From a virus: a stretch of 64,000 bases of DNA. How positions within the stretch are numbered: the first letter of the stretch is position 1; each line of letters begins with the position of its first letter. Where the stretch lies: positions 64,001-128,000 of the IMG/VR virus record IMGVR_UViG_3300047557_004034, one strand, 5' to 3'. Of this stretch, positions 58,922 through 64,000 are shown in pieces. The translations under genes and the position numbers were made by a program. The notes below the pieces were generated by a model. The model was not told where the DNA came from and made no database searches. It was given only the letters and a program-made list of their open reading frames with translations.

Positions 58922-59644
58922 TTATTTTGATAAATAATCGGATAATTTTTTCATTAAATCAATAGACTGGTTTACACTTGGAGCCGAAGCAATTTTATTC
59001 TTTTTTTCCTCCTCCAAATTTTCTTCATACTTTTCTCTCTCAGTTACGTCGTCAAAGAGGTAAGCTCCTGGTGTGGAAGGTGATGAAACCAAATCGAAAC
59101 AAATTAATTCAAAATCTTCTTGCACTTCATTTCTTTCACCTACTTTTTTTAAAGACCCTACTCCTCTTGAGGAAATTCCTAAAGTCACCCCTTGTCTTAA
59201 TAGATTTGCTGCAATGTCTCCTTTGGTTGTTACTACACCTCTTTCATGAAACCCTGGTGAAGTAAGTAATTTTAGTTTACCCATTAGGATATTTCTATCC
59301 CACCATATGTCTGTGATTAAATGCGATACTCTATCTAAGTCTATCAAAGAAGATTCAGGATGATTAAGTTCAGAAGTTGAAAGTCCTTTCTTAATTATTT
59401 GTTTATACTTCTCGGCTTCTCTTTTGAGTATTGGTTCAGGATATGTTCTACCATTTCTATTTGGTGTATTATATTTCTGTAATACTGCATAAAATTCAAA
59501 AGGGTTTCTATAATCTACATTCTTAGACTCATTCATAAACTTGAGGTTTATATCATCCAACGGAGATATATAACCTGCGTCCATTTCAACCAAAATTCCA
59601 AACCCTTGTTCGTGTGCTTCTAATATTCTGAGTTTTTTTTCCAT
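58922..59644 (-). CDS. Prohead protease (T4 gp21-like, peptidase S77)
   Basis: NRNGRTYP, ELNHP, LDRVSH, LGISSRGVGS, FDLVSSPSTPGAY. Confidence 0.95.
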   Translation of the reverse strand: MEKKLRILEAHEQGFGILVEMDAGYISPLDDINLKFMNESKNVDYRNPFEFYAVLQKYNTPNRNGRTYPEPILKREAEKYKQIIKKGLSTSELNHPESSLIDLDRVSHLITDIWWDRNILMGKLKLLTSPGFHERGVVTTKGDIAANLLRQGVTLGISSRGVGSLKKVGERNEVQEDFELICFDLVSSPSTPGAYLFDDVTEREKYEENLEEEKKNKIASAPSVNQSIDLMKKLSDYLSK

Positions 59645-59680
59645 TAACTTTTTTAAATAAATATTTGTTTTAAGTAATAC

Positions 59681-60109
59681 TTACTTTTTCGTCAAAGAAA
59701 AATCGAAATACTGATTGTCCAAGATATTAGTTTTTTGAATGCTACGAACAATTCTTTTTACAGAATCTTTGATTTCATTAGACTTAAAATCAAGTTCTTT
59801 ATCCAAATAAAGATTAATTTCTAAATTGAAAAATGACTTTTTACCCGAAAAAATACCACTTGTTCTTAAGTCTAAATCTACAATTGAATTTTTACTAAAT
59901 AAATTCGTATTGATTGAATCGAATACTGTGTGTTTGAGTTCTCTACTTAAATTGCCAACAACTCTATTCCAATTTTCTAAGTCTTGTTTGGGTGAAACCC
60001 ATGATTGTATGTTAATGTAAAGTGATTTTAAGTTTTTGGAGTCTACCGTGCCATATGAAGATTTGAACGAGTTTGATAAATTCATCTTCACATTTTTTCC
60101 TTTTTTCAT
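59681..60109 (-). CDS. Hypothetical protein
   Basis: 142-aa ORF; upstream TTTG-N20-TATCTTTT (60172-60141). Confidence 0.6.
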   Translation of the reverse strand: MKKGKNVKMNLSNSFKSSYGTVDSKNLKSLYINIQSWVSPKQDLENWNRVVGNLSRELKHTVFDSINTNLFSKNSIVDLDLRTSGIFSGKKSFFNLEINLYLDKELDFKSNEIKDSVKRIVRSIQKTNILDNQYFDFSLTKK

Positions 60110-60189
60110 CTATGAACCATATTTCCAAAGTTTATTTTTAAAAAGATAACATATAACTTTATCTATGTCAAAATTTTAAGAATAAACTA

Positions 60190-60197
60190 TATATTTG
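60190..60197 (+). promoter_or_regulatory. Bacteroidota -7 element (TATATTTG) upstream of bS21
   Basis: Exact TAnnTTTG, 6 nt before the ATG; no clear -33 TTTG. Confidence 0.5.
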
Positions 60198-60203
60198 TAA
60201 TAT

Positions 60204-60389
60204 ATGTTGATAATAGAAATTAAAAATAATGGAGGGATAGAAAAAGCCCTGAAAACTTTGAAGTCCAAAGTAATTAAGACGAAGCAACAAAAATTACTCA
60301 CGGAGAGAAAGGAGTATACTAAAAAGTCAGTCAAAGAAAGAAGTGAAAGACTCAAAGCGATATATGTTCAGAAAAAAAGAAACAATTAA
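60204..60389 (+). CDS. rpsU: Phage-encoded 30S ribosomal protein bS21
   Basis: MLIIEIK...IEKALKTLK.K.......L.ERKEYTKKSV..R....KAIYVQ; Bacteroidia-type bS21 with Tyr at position 54. Confidence 0.9.
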   Translation: MLIIEIKNNGGIEKALKTLKSKVIKTKQQKLLTERKEYTKKSVKERSERLKAIYVQKKRNN

Positions 60390-61090
60390 ATTGATTCTTC
60401 AAGTTTTTTCAATCTCAAAAAATTAATTTGATTGAACTTGTCATTCTGGATTTTGTCTATTGTTTCTTGAATCTTTTGTTTAGTCTCCAAATCTGTCTCG
60501 TTTTCTAAAACAGGGGAAAGTTTTTGTAAAGTTTTTTCTTTTAATGAATTGAACCTACTTTCTAAAGATTCACTATCTTCTTTGATTAATTCAAAAAATT
60601 CCTTTTTTGTATTTTCATCTAAAGATTCAATGTAATTTTGTACTGTTTGATTAGCAACTCTAACCATCGTACTCAAAGGGATGTTGATTGGTTTCTGATT
60701 TTTAATCTCGGATTCGCTGAGTGTTTTGTAAAGTTTTTTCTTCAAATTAACTCTTTCAGTTAAGTCTATTTTCTTATTCAAATATACTAAGTCATCAATA
60801 TCCTGATACCTATTTTGAATTTTGGTTTCGGTCATCAACTTAGGTAGTTTAATATGTTGTAGAAGTGATTGTATCATTTGTATTCCTTCGTTCACAAATT
60901 CTTTAGCGTCTTGTTCATTCAAACCTTTTGGATTCGACAACTCGTCATATAAAGAATATACTTTGGACAAATCTTTATTATTGAGAATATTCTGTTTGAA
61001 TTCCATCAAACTTTTCTTGAAAGATTTTTCATCTTTATAAGATTCTATCAAACTATTTTCTATTACCGATTTAATGAGCCCAAAAGTCAT
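60386..61090 (-). CDS. Helical head-module protein (putative prohead core component)
   Basis: Directly downstream of portal; many (L/I/V)xE sites; TATTTAT upstream. Confidence 0.5.
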   Translation of the reverse strand: MTFGLIKSVIENSLIESYKDEKSFKKSLMEFKQNILNNKDLSKVYSLYDELSNPKGLNEQDAKEFVNEGIQMIQSLLQHIKLPKLMTETKIQNRYQDIDDLVYLNKKIDLTERVNLKKKLYKTLSESEIKNQKPINIPLSTMVRVANQTVQNYIESLDENTKKEFFELIKEDSESLESRFNSLKEKTLQKLSPVLENETDLETKQKIQETIDKIQNDKFNQINFLRLKKLEESI

Positions 61091-61114
61091 ATATTTGTGA
61101 TTTGAATATAAATA

Positions 61115-62944
61115 TTACGAATTTAATAACTTATCTAATTCTTTTTCGATTTCACCTAAAGAATCTTGTCCTTGGTTAAGTTCAAGGTAAGTATCACCCT
61201 TGAAAATGTTATTTTCTACTAAAATATTCATTCTCTCATCTTGTCCCTCAGGTGTCACCCCAGCAGGAGCGGTAATCTCGCCTTCAGGTTGTGGTTCAGG
61301 TGCTGGTGGTATAGTTGGTTCTTCCGTTCCCGCAAATGCCCCACCTAATTCAGGTGCCGCACCTGCAGTTGCCGCGGTTGATGTATTTCCACTTGATTGT
61401 GAATACAACTTATCAATAGTGTCAAATAATCCAGTTTTACTTATTACTGTTGGTGTTTGTTTGAGTTCTTCACCAATAGCTCTTTCCAATCTTTGTTGCA
61501 TCAAATCTACTTTGATTTCTTCGTCAGACCAACCAAATATATGTTTTTTTGCCCATGTACTAGATGTTGGCTGAATTCCATTTCCTGGGTCTAAAACCAA
61601 GTCTTTATACAAAAGAACTTTTTCTTTCCAAACATCTATCTTTAATAAATCAGCTTGTGTAGAAGGATTAGTCAATCCAAGTGTAAAATTAGAAATTTCA
61701 TCTTCGAACCCCAAAAGAAACAAATGAATGATTGCAATCTTGTTCAATTCCTGAATCATGCATTTTTGAATTCTGTTGATTGTTCTTGCAAAACGAATGT
61801 CTTGAAGTGACAAGTTTTTACCATCACCCACTACTTGTTCAAATCCCAAGAAAGCCTTTGGAACACGAAGAGCTGTCAAAAGTTTTTTCTGAATATATTC
61901 AATATCGGCAATTTCTGACAGGTTTTGTGCACCAGCCAAAGTTTCAATTGGACTTGGGGATGCAGGGTCTCTTACAGGGACAAAATAATCTTGGTCTACC
62001 GCCATTTGATTAAACCTTAAATCTACGTTACCTGTTTTGGAATCAACGATTTGTTGTCTTTTGAATTTATCAGCAACACGATTTACATATGCCTCAACAT
62101 CATTATCATCCATATTTCCCACAAAAATCTTAAAAATTCTTCTTTCAGGTGCTCGTGATGTTCTATAAATCATCATTGCGTCTTCAGATAAAAGCAGTTG
62201 TTTCCAAATTCTCCTAGCCTTCTCTAACATCGATGTTCCGTAGGGAAGTTTCCTATCATCACCAAGTAATCTAAAGTGACCAACTTCCCACGTTTGAAAA
62301 ACCATATTTTTAGATTTCCATTCAAAAGTCAAAGCTTTCTTTGCTTCGGACTTTCCTAAATTGACAGCATTTTTATCGGTAACCCCGATTTCATGTCTTT
62401 CAATTTCTATGTTTGGTAATTGTTGACATCCTACAATACCCTTTTCAGGGTCTAATTTAAGATAAATAAAATTATCACCGAACTTACAAGTATTTCTTGT
62501 CCACATCGGTAAATTTGTGTTGATATCGAGTGTATTATTGAACAAATCTGCCAAAACCGCTTTTATTCTTTTCGATTCAGAATAAATTTGTAACATAAAC
62601 CCATCTTCATTTACCGTAGTAGATTCCTCGGCATATATGTCCAAAGCCGCAGATATTTCTGGCGTATACTCCATGGACTCATAATCATACGTAGCCGAAA
62701 GTCTTGAAGGTTCGTAAAATATTGCTTGAGTATATAGATTGTTTTCAACTTTAGCCCATTGATTTGCAATATAATAAGTTTGTTGAGCTTGTAGTTTTTC
62801 TCTTTCGTATTCTCCTCTATCTTGTGTTCTTAATAATTCTTTTTTGTCGAATTTAAAAGTTGGGTAATCCTGGCCCAAAAGAGAATTTGGACCAAACGCT
62901 TTACCTAATCTTTGCCAAATCGTCAGATTGTTATTTTCCGCCAT
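61115..62944 (-). CDS. Portal protein (T4 gp20-like)
   Basis: PEISAALD; L.KARR..KQL.L.EDA..IYR.SRAPERRIF.I.VGN; IETLAGAQNL.EI.DIEY..KKL..AL.VP; DIRF...I.R.Q. Confidence 0.96.
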   Translation of the reverse strand: MAENNNLTIWQRLGKAFGPNSLLGQDYPTFKFDKKELLRTQDRGEYEREKLQAQQTYYIANQWAKVENNLYTQAIFYEPSRLSATYDYESMEYTPEISAALDIYAEESTTVNEDGFMLQIYSESKRIKAVLADLFNNTLDINTNLPMWTRNTCKFGDNFIYLKLDPEKGIVGCQQLPNIEIERHEIGVTDKNAVNLGKSEAKKALTFEWKSKNMVFQTWEVGHFRLLGDDRKLPYGTSMLEKARRIWKQLLLSEDAMMIYRTSRAPERRIFKIFVGNMDDNDVEAYVNRVADKFKRQQIVDSKTGNVDLRFNQMAVDQDYFVPVRDPASPSPIETLAGAQNLSEIADIEYIQKKLLTALRVPKAFLGFEQVVGDGKNLSLQDIRFARTINRIQKCMIQELNKIAIIHLFLLGFEDEISNFTLGLTNPSTQADLLKIDVWKEKVLLYKDLVLDPGNGIQPTSSTWAKKHIFGWSDEEIKVDLMQQRLERAIGEELKQTPTVISKTGLFDTIDKLYSQSSGNTSTAATAGAAPELGGAFAGTEEPTIPPAPEPQPEGEITAPAGVTPEGQDERMNILVENNIFKGDTYLELNQGQDSLGEIEKELDKLLNS

Positions 62945-62984
62945 TTTACAATTTTAGTTTTACCTATTGATAATATAAATAGTT

Positions 62985-64000
62985 CTAATTAGTAAACAAC
63001 CATCTATATTTCTCATAGTCATCTCTCGACGGTCCTTGGTTTGGAAAATGTTGTCTTTTTTGGTCTGTTTGAGGCATCATTGGATTGAAAAATTGTGATG
63101 AGTTTTTGTTCTCATTTATCGAAGTTGCCCAAGAATCAATCATTGCCTTTGTATGATTCAAATTTTTTGTAAGTTTTTGAAAAGATTTTTCTGCAACATA
63201 TGTTGCCATAGATATGCCCATAATACAATCGTCATGATGTCCCTTTTGATGGTCAGGTCTTCCATTAATATAAACAAAAGTATTCATTTCGTTATATAAT
63301 CTGTGAGACCTAACTTTAAATCCATGTCGAACATTTTCTTCGAATGACGCAATAATTTGTACTCTTTTACTATTGAAATTTATTCCAGGAATTTTCTCAT
63401 TTATCTTTGGGTCCCATTTCCACTTGTTTGCGGTATCCACCGTATCAACATACAGTCCTTTGTAGTTCAATTCTTGTAATTTTCTTGCCGTTGCCACTCC
63501 CATACCACCTGTAAGGTCAACAACACAAAATGCGTCATACATGGTTCCCCACTTATACGCTATTTCAGCAACAACATCTGGTGGTACTTTAGCAACGTAT
63601 TCTAAAACTTGTTCATTCTCATCAAAATCGATAATTTCTATACAAGAAAAATCTTCTGAGTCCCCTCTCGATACATCTACACCCATAATGTACTTGTGTC
63701 CGACAACAGGTTCTTTCCAAATCCATAGAGCTCCACCCATCAGTTTAGCTCCGGGTTCTTGGAGTGTATTTTGTGCAATATTTTGAAGTATTTCAGATTC
63801 AAAGACGTTATCACCTGAACCCAAAAAGTTACACTCTAATTCCTGAGCAACTTTTCTTCTATCATACTTCAATTTTTTTACCATCCCCTCAAACCAAGAA
63901 GAACATGGTTTATATCCTTGTTTAATGTAATCTGTGACAACAGAATGGTCACGTTCATAAGGGTTTGCAACTGAAAGACTTATGACAGCATCTGTTGAAT
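62985..64000 (-). CDS. Terminase large subunit, C-terminal RNase H-like nuclease domain (5' part beyond window)
   Basis: AQELECNFLGS, YIMGVDVSRG..EDFS, GHHDDCIM; frame stays open from 63884 to the window edge. Confidence 0.93.
   Translation of the reverse strand, partial: STDAVISLSVANPYERDHSVVTDYIKQGYKPCSSWFEGMVKKLKYDRRKVAQELECNFLGSGDNVFESEILQNIAQNTLQEPGAKLMGGALWIWKEPVVGHKYIMGVDVSRGDSEDFSCIEIIDFDENEQVLEYVAKVPPDVVAEIAYKWGTMYDAFCVVDLTGGMGVATARKLQELNYKGLYVDTVDTANKWKWDPKINEKIPGINFNSKRVQIIASFEENVRHGFKVRSHRLYNEMNTFVYINGRPDHQKGHHDDCIMGISMATYVAEKSFQKLTKNLNHTKAMIDSWATSINENKNSSQFFNPMMPQTDQKRQHFPNQGPSRDDYEKYRWLFTN

Noticed and set aside
61107-61114. Exact T4 late promoter TATAAATA (also at 21868, 52919, 55119, 62974)
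   Set aside because: These copies are antisense to the adjacent gene starts, so they are better read as the TATTTAT motif on the coding strand.
1-64000. Alternative genetic code (TAG/TGA recoding as in some large Bacteroidota phages)
   Set aside because: Core genes are full length in code 11, coding density is high, and TAG and TGA both act as stops at plausible gene ends.
1-64000. Eukaryotic giant-virus origin, suggested by SET, SNF2, GT60 and PolB
   Set aside because: The T4-like portal, protease, capsid and sheath, bacterial bS21, sigma factor and intrinsic terminators show this is a tailed bacteriophage.
1-64000. tRNA/rRNA genes, introns, inteins, homing endonucleases, reverse transcriptase/DGR, integrase
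   Set aside because: None recognised by eye. Intergenic spaces are short and AT-rich, and polB, helicase, portal and MCP look uninterrupted. A covariance-model scan was not possible.

Overview
This AT-rich window comes from a large myovirus (jumbo/'huge' phage) with a T4-like head module, read in genetic code 11. The minus-strand head module runs terminase large subunit (partial), portal, prohead protease, acidic scaffold, major capsid. The window also holds tail sheath (partial), neck and tail-completion proteins, a baseplate spike, family-B DNA polymerase, SNF2 helicase, a SET-domain protein, dUTPase, PhoH, a gp55-like sigma factor and ribosomal protein bS21. Bacteroidota-type promoters (TTTG-N19/20-TAnnTTT), no obvious Shine-Dalgarno sequences, a Bacteroidia-type bS21 and a DUF4494-like gene point to a Bacteroidota host (inference). 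Four signals stand out. (1) Two large glycosyl/methyltransferase clusters; one begins with a GT60-like peptide:GlcNAc transferase and lies directly behind a Ser/Thr-only collagen-like fibre and a Thr-Pro mucin-like adhesin, suggesting a phage-encoded virion O-glycosylation system. (2) A TATTTAT element, the reverse complement of the T4 late promoter core, precedes about 16 mostly structural genes, several apparently near-leaderless. (3) A recurring amphipathic 'L..L(V/I)..(V/I)L.E' or (L/I/V)xE tag appears on unrelated late proteins, including a lone WYL domain and an OmpA-like domain, and may be a capsid-packaging/protease signal. (4) The phage bS21 keeps Tyr54 but has no SD. All family calls come from motif recognition by eye; no searches were run.
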